Positions 30,761-39,820 of a DNA stretch of 64,000 nt are shown here, piece by piece. The number at the start of each line of letters is the position of its first letter. The stretch's first letter is position 1. Both the position numbers and the translations under genes were made by a program. The notes beneath the pieces were generated by a model. The model ran no database searches, was not told the DNA's origin, and saw only the letters and a program-made list of their open reading frames with translations. This DNA comes from a bacterium (GTDB taxonomy: Bacteria; Patescibacteriota; Patescibacteriia; Patescibacteriales; GWC2-42-12), in the NCBI GenBank assembly GCA_030650415.1, contig JAUSEG010000025.1, positions 11,916 to 75,915 on the forward strand, given 5' to 3'.

Positions 30761-30952
30761 AAAATAATTTAAAATTTATGTTAATTTTATTATATCATAT
30801 TTTCAATTAAAACTGTAATTATAAAGCAACGCTAGCGGCTTGATTTTTGCCTGCGCCTATGTTAAATTTAGGCCATCAGCCTAAAGCTGATTTTAATTAA
30901 TAGTATGGTTTTTTATTCATAGTTGTTAATTGTTAATTTTTAACTTAACCAT

Positions 30953-31678
30953 ATGTCAGGACATTCCAAGTGGGCAACAACTAAGAGGTCAAAAGCCATC
31001 GTTGACGCTAAAAAAGGCGCGATTTTTACCAAATACGGAAGATTAATCACCATTGCAGCTAAAAAAGGCAGCGACCCAACCACTAATTTTAGTTTGCGCA
31101 TGGCTATGGAAAAAGCCCGAGAGGCCAACATGCCTAAAGAAAATATCGAGCGCGCCATCAAGCGCGGCACAGGCGAACTGGCCGGCGCGCAGATTGAAGA
31201 ATTAACCTACGAAGGCATCGGCCCGGCCAAATCGCAATTTATAATTAAATGCTTAACCGACAATAAAAACCGCACGGCCGCGGAAATCAGGCATCTCTTA
31301 GCCGATGCCGGGGGCTCGCTGGGCGCGGTATTATGGAACTTTGAATTAAAAGGCGTAATTTTAATAACCGCCGAAGAGTTAAACGGCAAAAATTTAATGA
31401 ATAATGACGATTTTGAACTGAAATTGATTGACGCTGGCACGGAAAATTTCATTAAAGAAAGCGAAGGCGCCACGATTTATACCAAGACCGAAGATCTGCA
31501 AAAAGTTAAGCAATTTTTAGACGGAGAAAACATCAAAACCGAATCGGCGGAAATCGAATATGTGGCGAAAGACCATGGCCAGCTGTCGGACGAAGAAAAA
31601 GAAAAAGTTCAAAAATTCATCGAAACCCTGGAGAATAACGAGGATATTACAAACTATTATACCAACGTGATTGTATAA
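30953..31678 (+). CDS. yebC: YebC/PmpR family regulator
   Basis: MSGHSKWATTKR, NMPKENIERAI, TDNKNRT. Confidence 0.95.
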   Translation: MSGHSKWATTKRSKAIVDAKKGAIFTKYGRLITIAAKKGSDPTTNFSLRMAMEKAREANMPKENIERAIKRGTGELAGAQIEELTYEGIGPAKSQFIIKCLTDNKNRTAAEIRHLLADAGGSLGAVLWNFELKGVILITAEELNGKNLMNNDDFELKLIDAGTENFIKESEGATIYTKTEDLQKVKQFLDGENIKTESAEIEYVAKDHGQLSDEEKEKVQKFIETLENNEDITNYYTNVIV

Positions 31679-31704
31679 AAAAACGCGAAATAGAATAACT
31701 ACCG

Positions 31705-32205
31705 ATGAAACAAAAAATCTCCAATCTCATACTTGGCATCGACCCCGGAATCGCCGACACCGGTTTCGGTGTAATTAAAAATGAAAACAACAAATTAACC
31801 TGCCTCGACTACGGCTCGATAAAAACTTCGGCCAAACTTAATCTATCGGACAGATTGGAAATAATAAACTTAGAGCTCAATAAATTAATTAAAAAATATC
31901 AGCCGAATCTTATCTCGATTGAAGAATTATTTTTTTGCAAGAATGTAAAAACCGCTCTAATCGTCGGCCAGGCCAGGGGCGTAATTATTTTAACCGCTAA
32001 ACAAAACAAAGTCCCAATCGTCGAATTTACTCCATTGCAAGTAAAGCAGGCGGTTTCAACCTACGGCCAAGCCGATAAACAACAAGTGCAAAGAATGGTA
32101 AAAATCATTTTAAACCTTAAGAAATTGCCGAAACCCGATGACGCGGCCGATGCTTTAGCCATCGCGATTTGCGCTGTCAATAGTCTAACAATTCGTAACT
32201 TATAA
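31705..32205 (+). CDS. ruvC: Holliday junction resolvase RuvC
   Basis: LGIDPG, EELFF, GQARGV, PDDAADALAIA. Confidence 0.96.
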   Translation: MKQKISNLILGIDPGIADTGFGVIKNENNKLTCLDYGSIKTSAKLNLSDRLEIINLELNKLIKKYQPNLISIEELFFCKNVKTALIVGQARGVIILTAKQNKVPIVEFTPLQVKQAVSTYGQADKQQVQRMVKIILNLKKLPKPDDAADALAIAICAVNSLTIRNL

Positions 32206-32272
32206 CTCGCAACTCACAGCTTGCTACTCAAAAAATTCAGTATTTTGAGCTACGAGCTACGAAATTTATCCT

Positions 32273-33745
32273 ATGATTAAAAAATTAAAAATTGTTTCCA
32301 TCGCCGCCGAAGTCGCGCCCTTTTCTAAAACCGGCGGACTGGCTGACGTGGCCAGAAATCTACCCCGAGCCCTAAAAAGACTGGGCCACGAAGTAATGGT
32401 TATTACTCCGTTCTACGGGCAAATCATTGACGCAAAAAAATATGATTTAAAATTAGTTTACGAAAATATTGAAATTTATTTGAATTCCGTTGATAAGGTG
32501 CAAGTTAATTTCTGGCGAGGCTATTTAATGAAAAACTTGCCGATTTATTTTATTGAACATAAAAAATATTTTTCCTCTAAAAAAAATCTCTACGGCTCAA
32601 CCCAGGAGAACGCGCGCTTTTTAGTTTTTAATATAGCCGCTTTAAAACTAATATCTCTTCTAAAATATGAAGCCGACATCGTTCATTGCCATGACTGGCA
32701 CGCCGGCTTGATCCCTTACTTTCTAAAAACCGACTTTAAATACTCGGAAACATTGCGCAAGGCAAAAACCGTATTTACCATCCATAATTTGGCTTTTCAG
32801 CTCGGTCATAACTGGTGGGAAGTACCGGCCGAAAAAAAAGATTATGGCAAAAATAAAATTCCCCACCTAACCGATCCGGACATCGAAAATATCAATTTTG
32901 CCAAACGAGCCATTCTATCGGCTGATATTATCAATACGGTCAGCGAGCAATACCGCGAAGAAATTATGACCACAAAATTCGGGCAAGATCTGCAGCAGAT
33001 CCTGCGCAACCGCGAAAACCGACTATACGGCATAGTTAACGGCATTGATGAAAAAGAATTTAATCCGGTAAACGACCCGGGGCTTATAAAAAATTACGAT
33101 TATAAAAAGATCCACCATAAAAAACTGAACAAAAGCTACTTGCAGAAAAAATTCGGTTTGGCGGTAAATACGGAAACGCCCTTAATTTGCACCACCTCGC
33201 GGGTAACCTTTCAAAAAGGCTTTGAGCTAATACTTAAAATAATTGACCGGCTGATGCGGCTGGATATGCAATTAATTATTATCGGAGCCGGAGATAAAAC
33301 CTATCTTAACGAACTGGCTAAGCGCGCCAAAAAAAACCCACAGAAATTAGCGGTTATCGCTTCGCATGAAGAAAATCAAAAATATGAAACCTTAATTTAC
33401 GCCGGCTCGGACTTTATTCTTCTGCCGTCGCATCATGAGCCCTGCGGCATTAATCAGCTGATCGCCATGCGCTATGGCTGTATTCCAATCGTACGCCATG
33501 TCGGCGGCCTGGTGGATACGGTGGTAAATTACAATCCAAAAACCAGCCGAGGCAATGGCTTTAGTTTTTCTTCTTTTGATCCCGACTCTTTATATGGCGT
33601 CATAGTAAGAGCTTTAGAAAGTTTCGGGCAAGAAACTAATTGGCACAAGTTAACGGCCAGGGTGATGAGAGAGTCAAATAGCTGGAAAATACCGGCGAAA
33701 AAATATGTTTCTTTGTACAAAAAAGCCTTAAAAAACCATAAATAG
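32273..33745 (+). CDS. glgA: Glycogen/starch synthase (GT5)
   Basis: EVAPFSKTGGLADV, HCHDWH, TIHNL, EPCGINQLIAMRYG. Confidence 0.92.
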   Translation: MIKKLKIVSIAAEVAPFSKTGGLADVARNLPRALKRLGHEVMVITPFYGQIIDAKKYDLKLVYENIEIYLNSVDKVQVNFWRGYLMKNLPIYFIEHKKYFSSKKNLYGSTQENARFLVFNIAALKLISLLKYEADIVHCHDWHAGLIPYFLKTDFKYSETLRKAKTVFTIHNLAFQLGHNWWEVPAEKKDYGKNKIPHLTDPDIENINFAKRAILSADIINTVSEQYREEIMTTKFGQDLQQILRNRENRLYGIVNGIDEKEFNPVNDPGLIKNYDYKKIHHKKLNKSYLQKKFGLAVNTETPLICTTSRVTFQKGFELILKIIDRLMRLDMQLIIIGAGDKTYLNELAKRAKKNPQKLAVIASHEENQKYETLIYAGSDFILLPSHHEPCGINQLIAMRYGCIPIVRHVGGLVDTVVNYNPKTSRGNGFSFSSFDPDSLYGVIVRALESFGQETNWHKLTARVMRESNSWKIPAKKYVSLYKKALKNHK

Positions 33746-33756
33746 TTTATTATAAT

Positions 33757-34926
33757 ATGTCAAAAATAACCTGGGTCAATTTGCTTCATTTTTATCAGCC
33801 ACCTTCGGCCGAAAACGAAACGGTGATTGAAGCAACGGAAAAAAGCTACAAAAAAATTGTTAATACTCTAAAAGCCAACCCCAATATTAAATTCACCCTG
33901 AATTTAGCCGGTTGTCTTTTAGAAAAATTGGACAAGCTGGGATTTAACGATTTAATCGCCGACTTCAAAATACTTAGAGACAGGGGGCAAATTGAGGTTA
34001 CCGGCACGGCGGCTTTTCATCCTATACTGCCGCTCTTGCCCGAAGCGGAAATCAGAGAAAATATTAAAGCCAATGAAATCATCTTAAAAAAATATTTTGG
34101 CGATAATTTAGAGACCCAAGGATTCTTTCTACCCGAGCTCGCCTATAGCTCCGAAACTGCCAAAGTTATCGCTTCTTTGGGATACAAATGGATAATCCTC
34201 GACGAAATTTCAGCTTTTGGAAATTTAAACAAACTGAATTTTAATAAACTATACATAGAAAAACCTACCGGACTTAAAATATTCTTTCGTTCCAGAGAGC
34301 TCTCAAAAAGTTACGTTCCCGAAACTATTATTAATTTAATAAACCGAGGCTTCGGCGGTCTGGCCCTAACCGCTACCGACGCCGAACTTTACGGCTTAAG
34401 ACATATTGATTTTACGGCCACTTTCGAAAAATTGCTTAAACGCCCGGAAATAAGAACTTTAACCGTCAGTGAATTTTTATCGAGCTTAAAAGAAAAAATC
34501 GAGATTGAACCGCTGGCCTCTTCCTGGGAATCCACGGCTGCAGAACTAAAGCGCGGCACACCTTTTATCCTTTGGCATAACGATAAAAATAAAATTCAAA
34601 AACTGCTTTGGCAATTAGCTAATTTAGCCATAACGACAATCAGTCAAAACAAAACTGATGAAAATTATTACTGGTCAAGAAACCATCTAAACCGAGGTTT
34701 GGCCAGTTGCACCTTCTGGTGGGCCTCGGCGCGTGATTTTAAATTATTCAGTTCTATTTCCTGGAATCCTGACGAGATTGAACGAGGCGCCAATGAATTA
34801 ATCAAGAGCATCCGCTCCTTGGCTGAACCAGGCACTAAGGAGGCAAAAATCGCCGGTGAAAAAATTTACCTGAAAATAAAACAACTGGTCTGGCATAAAC
34901 ATTGGAATCATTATTGGAAAAAATAA
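33757..34926 (+). CDS. Glycoside hydrolase family 57 protein
   Basis: LHFYQP, HPILPL, FFLPELAY, DAELYG. Confidence 0.85.
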   Translation: MSKITWVNLLHFYQPPSAENETVIEATEKSYKKIVNTLKANPNIKFTLNLAGCLLEKLDKLGFNDLIADFKILRDRGQIEVTGTAAFHPILPLLPEAEIRENIKANEIILKKYFGDNLETQGFFLPELAYSSETAKVIASLGYKWIILDEISAFGNLNKLNFNKLYIEKPTGLKIFFRSRELSKSYVPETIINLINRGFGGLALTATDAELYGLRHIDFTATFEKLLKRPEIRTLTVSEFLSSLKEKIEIEPLASSWESTAAELKRGTPFILWHNDKNKIQKLLWQLANLAITTISQNKTDENYYWSRNHLNRGLASCTFWWASARDFKLFSSISWNPDEIERGANELIKSIRSLAEPGTKEAKIAGEKIYLKIKQLVWHKHWNHYWKK

Positions 34927-34946
34927 AACGATACAGAACAACCACT

Positions 34947-36008
34947 ATGAATAAAATACTAAATCTGTTTGACAGTACTTACGTCAGGGATTTATTCAAC
35001 CGGCAAATCCTGCCGCTATATCCTGACTTTAAAGCAATAAAAGAAATTAAAATCCTACCGGTGAAAAAAAATGTCTGGGAGACTACCTACCATGTGGTTA
35101 TTGAATTTGCAACAACTTTTCTAAATCACGGCGGCGAAGCGGTCGAACTGCCAATTTATTGCACGGCCCATTCGAGCGAACCCAGAAAAAATTCTTTCGA
35201 GGCTTTGCAATTCTTATGGCAAATTGGTTTTGATCAAGGCGATTTAGTCATCCCGCATCCCTTGTTTTTCTCCGATTATTTCAACGGCTATTTTTACCGA
35301 GGCGTTAAAGGGCAGACTCTTTATTATTACTTAGGCAAAAAAAACTATGAGGTGATTGAAGACGTGGTGGCGAAAACCGGCGCTTGGTTTGCCAAACTTC
35401 ATAGCACGCCGACTTCGGGAGTTAAAAATTTTAACCCGGAAAACAGCCGAATCGAAACCGTTATCCCGGGGTTAAAGAATGTCTTGGAAAAAATTAATCG
35501 GGTATATCCAAGCTATTATGAACCATGCAAAAAAATTTATGAAATAATCGACCAAAAAGAAAAAACTTATTTTGCCAATAACGAAAAAAGGTACTTAATC
35601 CACGGCGACGCCCATGCAAAAAATATTATAAAAATGAGCGAGGATAAAATCGCGGTTATAGATTTTACCGATATGTGCTTGGCCGACTATACTCGAGATC
35701 TTGGTTCATTTCTCCAACAGCTTAATTTTATGGGCTCAGAAAAAATCAATAGTCCTTCTTTCGTAGAAAAAATTAAAACCATATTTTTTGATAGCTATTT
35801 GCTTCACTCAAAGATTAAAATTGATGACTACGCAAAAGCCAGAATCGATAATTACTATAACTGGACGGCCTTGCGCACCGCCACCTTTTTTATGCTGAGA
35901 GATCAGCCGGAGCCGGAAAGAGCCCGTGAGCCGCTCATCGAAGTTTGTAAAAATCTCAAAATACTTGTCCCCCGAGACTTCGGCGAAGGGGGAAAAACCA
36001 ATTTTTAA
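34947..36008 (+). CDS. Aminoglycoside phosphotransferase/kinase-like protein
   Basis: AKLH, HGDAHAKN, IDF; 10-aa palindrome-derived insert LVPRDFGEGG at the C-terminus. Confidence 0.8.
   Translation: MNKILNLFDSTYVRDLFNRQILPLYPDFKAIKEIKILPVKKNVWETTYHVVIEFATTFLNHGGEAVELPIYCTAHSSEPRKNSFEALQFLWQIGFDQGDLVIPHPLFFSDYFNGYFYRGVKGQTLYYYLGKKNYEVIEDVVAKTGAWFAKLHSTPTSGVKNFNPENSRIETVIPGLKNVLEKINRVYPSYYEPCKKIYEIIDQKEKTYFANNEKRYLIHGDAHAKNIIKMSEDKIAVIDFTDMCLADYTRDLGSFLQQLNFMGSEKINSPSFVEKIKTIFFDSYLLHSKIKIDDYAKARIDNYYNWTALRTATFFMLRDQPEPERAREPLIEVCKNLKILVPRDFGEGGKTNF
35964..35993 (+). repeat. CTTG-tagged palindrome in frame (10 codons)
   Basis: cttg-tccccc-gagacttcggcgaa-ggggga. Confidence 0.7.
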
Positions 36009-36030
36009 CTTACTTAGTTTGATTAACTCT

Positions 36031-36894
36031 ATGCGGATTGATTTGCAACTTCACTCAACTTATTCAGACGGCTACTTAAGCCCGACCGAACTGGCTGATT
36101 TTTTATTAAAAAATCAGGTAAAAATCGCCTCTTTAACCGATCATAACACCGTCGGCGGCTTGGAAGAATTTCAACTAGCCTGCCAAAAAAAGCATATCAA
36201 GGCGATCATCGGCATTGAAATTTATGTAAAGTTAAACCATAAAAAATTTAATTTACTTTGGTATAATTTCGACGATAAAAATCCCGATCTCCATAAATTT
36301 CTACGCCTAAGCCAAGCCAGGCGGCGCAATCAAATAAGACGGGCGCTTCTAAAACTAAAGAGTTTGGGTTTAATAATCAATGAAAACAAAATTTTAGATA
36401 AGTATAATCACTATATTTCATTAAACCGTATTATGAGTGATGTCCGACAGATCGCCAATAATCGAAAGACTATTGCCGAACGGCTCGGCGTTAAGAGTCC
36501 ATCGGAAGATGAAATAATTAAACATTTTTTTAAAAATCGAGAGATTAATAAATTGGAAGAATGTTATATTAATTTCAGTCATATTATAGCTCTAAAGAAA
36601 AAAATTGGCGGCCAAATTATTTTAAATCATCCGGGAAAATCCAGCAGAATTAACGAAAGCTTTATCGTCCAACTCAAAAAATTGGGACTTGACGGCATTG
36701 AAGTAGTTTCGCCTCATCATAGCATCCATAACGTTATGCTCCTGCAGCGCCTGGCCAAAAAATATAAACTAATTATGACCGGCGGCTCGGATTATCACCT
36801 TAACGAAGGCGGAAACGCAACCATCCAAAACGTTTATGCATATTTTAAAATTGAACCAAAATACTTAACCGGCATAAATAAGATAATTGGCTAA
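36031..36894 (+). CDS. PHP domain phosphoesterase (TrpH/YciV-like)
   Basis: DLQLHSTYSDG, TDHNT, GIEI, HP, GGSDYH. Confidence 0.88.
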   Translation: MRIDLQLHSTYSDGYLSPTELADFLLKNQVKIASLTDHNTVGGLEEFQLACQKKHIKAIIGIEIYVKLNHKKFNLLWYNFDDKNPDLHKFLRLSQARRRNQIRRALLKLKSLGLIINENKILDKYNHYISLNRIMSDVRQIANNRKTIAERLGVKSPSEDEIIKHFFKNREINKLEECYINFSHIIALKKKIGGQIILNHPGKSSRINESFIVQLKKLGLDGIEVVSPHHSIHNVMLLQRLAKKYKLIMTGGSDYHLNEGGNATIQNVYAYFKIEPKYLTGINKIIG

Positions 36895-36899
36895 TCCCC

Positions 36900-37490
36900 A
36901 TGGCTGTTAATACTAAAATTTACGACAAACAATTTTTTAATAACACTATTGAGCTTGAAAGCCAATCTGCTCAAGCGATGGTGAAAACATTAATTAAGCA
37001 TTTCAAGCCGAAATCAGTGGTTGATATTGGTTGCGGTGCTGGTATTTATTTAGCCGAATTTAAAAAGTTTAATATTAAAATACTGGGCTTTGACGGCTCG
37101 CCGGCGGCCATCATCGCCTCCCCGGTTGGTAATATGATCAAATTACATGATTTATGCCAACCACTTAAGTTAAATTGTCAATTTGATTTATGTCTATGCC
37201 TCGAAGTGGCCGAACATTTAGAAAAAACTTGCGCTGACATCCTGGTCGACACTTTAATAGGCCTTTCCAAAACCATGGTCTTTACTGCCGCCACGCCCGG
37301 CCAAGGACCGATAAGTATCGGGCATGTTAATGAACAACCGCCTGAATATTGGCTAAAATTATTCAAACGAAGAAATTTTTTAATTAATAAAATCTTAACG
37401 GAGAAAATTAAGCGAGAAATGATTGATCAAAACGTGATTTGGTGGCTGACTAAAAATTTAATGATATTTAAAAAACATTCACCCCGTTAG
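36900..37490 (+). CDS. Class I SAM-dependent methyltransferase
   Basis: VVDIGCGAG, CLEVAEHL; the stop codon TAG lies inside a repeat element. Confidence 0.85.
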   Translation: MAVNTKIYDKQFFNNTIELESQSAQAMVKTLIKHFKPKSVVDIGCGAGIYLAEFKKFNIKILGFDGSPAAIIASPVGNMIKLHDLCQPLKLNCQFDLCLCLEVAEHLEKTCADILVDTLIGLSKTMVFTAATPGQGPISIGHVNEQPPEYWLKLFKRRNFLINKILTEKIKREMIDQNVIWWLTKNLMIFKKHSPR

Positions 37491-37587
37491 ATATTTATTA
37501 TAATTATATTGGTTGTTCTATTAAAGCCCTATTAATTATAAAGACCGACGGGACATAAAAATATGAAAATAAATAAATCTAACGGGG
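37482..37587 (+). repeat. CCCCGTTAGA/TCTAACGGGG element spanning a gene junction
   Basis: ttca-ccccgttagat...atctaacgggg-taaa; contains the upstream TAG (37488-37490) and the downstream ATG (37563). Confidence 0.85.
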
Positions 37588-38987
37588 TAAAAAATAATCT
37601 ACTAAAAATCTTAATCGCCGCCGCCGAAGTTACGCCAATCGCTAAAGTCGGCGGCTTGGGCGATGTTATCGGCGCGCTGCCCAAGGCTTTAAGTAAGCTT
37701 AATTTAGACGCGCGAGTGATTATTCCTTTTTACGGGGCCATCGATAGAAATAAATATAAAATAAAATTAATTAAACAAAAAATAGGAGTCGGCGAAGCAT
37801 TAATTAACCTTTGGCAAACCAATTTGCCGAATTCAACCGTACCGGTCTATTTAATTGAGCATAATTTTTTTAAAGGCCGGGAAATTTACTCTAACGCTCT
37901 GGCCGATGACCCTAAGGATACGAAAAAATATCTATTCCTCGCCCACGCGATTTTAGAAAGCCTTAAAGCCCTTAATTTTAAGCCAAACGTAATTCATTTA
38001 AACGACTGGCATACAGCGGCCGTTCCCCTGCTTCTTAAAACCGACCGTCAAAATAACGAATTTTTTAAACAAACAAAGACTCTATATACTATCCATAATC
38101 TAGCTAATCAGGGACCGGCTGGCCAGAAAACCCCAGTCAAATCCGGTGAAACCGGAGCAAAGCTATTTGACGGGGTAAATTACATGGCCGAGGGTATTAT
38201 AAATTCCGGCATAGTTAGCACAGTCAGCCCAACCTACGCTAAAGAAATTTTGACTAAAAAATACGGTGCCAGGCTAGAAAATATTTTATTGAAAAGAAAA
38301 AACCAACTTTATGGCATACTAAACGGCATTGATACGGATTTTTTTAATCCGGCCGCGGATAAACTTATTAAAAAAAACTATTCGCTTGAAACCATTGAAA
38401 ATAAATTGAATAATAAGCTATCTTTACAGAAGAAAATGGGCTGGCCGGAAGATAAAGACATCGCGCTCGTCGGCTTAGTTACTCGCTTTGTCTGGCAAAA
38501 AGGCATTGAATTAATTACAGAAAAATTTTCAGAATTAAATTGCCAGTTTGTATTCTTAGGCACGGGAGAAAAACGCTATGAAGAGGCCTTGCTTAATTTA
38601 GCTAAAAAATACCCGGGTAAATTTAAAGTTTTAATAAAATTTGACGAAAAGTTGGCGCACGAAATTTATGCCGGCTCGGATATTTTTCTGGTTCCATCTC
38701 GTTTTGAACCTTGCGGACTGACGCAGATGATTGCCATGCGCTACGGCTCGGTGCCAATCGCGCGCGCCACCGGCGGACTTAAAGACACGGTCAACGCTAA
38801 AGTTGGTTTTATTTTTAAACAATTTGCTGCAACTAAATTTTATGATACTCTGCAAAAAGCTTTAAATATTTATTATAACCGGCCGAAAGCTTGGAACCAA
38901 CTTAAAAAAAATGGCATGAGGCAAGATTTCTCCTGGAATAAATCAGCCAAAGAATATTTAAAACTCTATAAAAAATTAATAAAATAA
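37563..38987 (+). CDS. glgA: Second glycogen synthase (GT5)
   Basis: KVGGLGDV, HLNDWHT, TIHNL, PSRFEPCGLTQMIAMRYG. Confidence 0.92.
   Translation: MKINKSNGVKNNLLKILIAAAEVTPIAKVGGLGDVIGALPKALSKLNLDARVIIPFYGAIDRNKYKIKLIKQKIGVGEALINLWQTNLPNSTVPVYLIEHNFFKGREIYSNALADDPKDTKKYLFLAHAILESLKALNFKPNVIHLNDWHTAAVPLLLKTDRQNNEFFKQTKTLYTIHNLANQGPAGQKTPVKSGETGAKLFDGVNYMAEGIINSGIVSTVSPTYAKEILTKKYGARLENILLKRKNQLYGILNGIDTDFFNPAADKLIKKNYSLETIENKLNNKLSLQKKMGWPEDKDIALVGLVTRFVWQKGIELITEKFSELNCQFVFLGTGEKRYEEALLNLAKKYPGKFKVLIKFDEKLAHEIYAGSDIFLVPSRFEPCGLTQMIAMRYGSVPIARATGGLKDTVNAKVGFIFKQFAATKFYDTLQKALNIYYNRPKAWNQLKKNGMRQDFSWNKSAKEYLKLYKKLIK
38131..38175 (+). repeat. T-shaped TAAA-tagged palindrome in frame in the second glgA
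   Basis: ccccagtcaaat-ccggt gaa accgg-agc aaa gct-atttgacgggg-taaa; 45 bp. Confidence 0.82.
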
Positions 38988-39074
38988 AAAGATAATTTTT
39001 TTATCCACATTGACAAAATGCAAAATTTTTGCTAGAATTATATTAGATAATAAAAAACTATATTATCTAAAAAA

Positions 39075-39113
39075 TCCCGCCTTCTCCGCCAGCCGGCGGA
39101 TTTGGCGGACAAG
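39075..39113 (-). repeat. CTTG-tagged palindrome, same subfamily as the nusA insert
   Basis: Reverse complement cttgtccgccaaatccgccggctggcggagaaggcggga. Confidence 0.8.
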
Positions 39114-39129
39114 TAAAAACAAAAATAAA

Positions 39130-39369
39130 ATGCTATCAACAAAAAATCAGGCCAATTGCTTTAATTTAGAGCAAACTGGCTGGAAATATTACAATTCGAT
39201 AAAAAAGAAAGCAATGGAACAGGAGTTCAGCTGGTCTGGACTCTTAATTAGCCTGTCCATTGCTTTTTTTATTGTCATAATCAGCGCCTCGGCTTTAAGT
39301 TTTATCAATCATTCAGTCATCGCAGGCCAAAATAATCAAGCCTTCTCCAAAACCGTCGCTTATCAATAA
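39130..39369 (+). CDS. Small hypothetical membrane protein
   Basis: Single TM segment; TTGACA promoter-like site at 39010. Confidence 0.5.
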   Translation: MLSTKNQANCFNLEQTGWKYYNSIKKKAMEQEFSWSGLLISLSIAFFIVIISASALSFINHSVIAGQNNQAFSKTVAYQ

Positions 39370-39820
39370 TAAAATATAAATTTATATATATGCGGCTATA
39401 AATGCTGCTAAAACGCACCTTAACAATCAAACAAAAAAAATAAAAAACATATGTCATAAAAACACATGAAGAAGCTGTGTTGATCAGAAACAGATAAAAT
39501 CAATAACAAAAAGACACAATTGAAAAAATTGCCTAATTAACACAGCTCCCCTTCCTGCTTTATCATCAAAGACTGTCTCAGGCAGCCAAAATCTTGGTAA
39601 GGCAAGCATGGGGAACGCAAAAACATCGCTGGACTCAAACAAGCGGTGTTTTTGTTTTAGCAAAAAATGTTGTATAATATATAAAGTTAATTTCCAATTT
39701 CTAATTTTCAATTTTCAATGAATTTTCAATGTATTAATGAAATTATTATTTGAAAATTTAAACATTAAATCATTGGAAATTGTTTAAAAATTAAAAATTG
39801 GAAATTAAAAATTTTATTTT

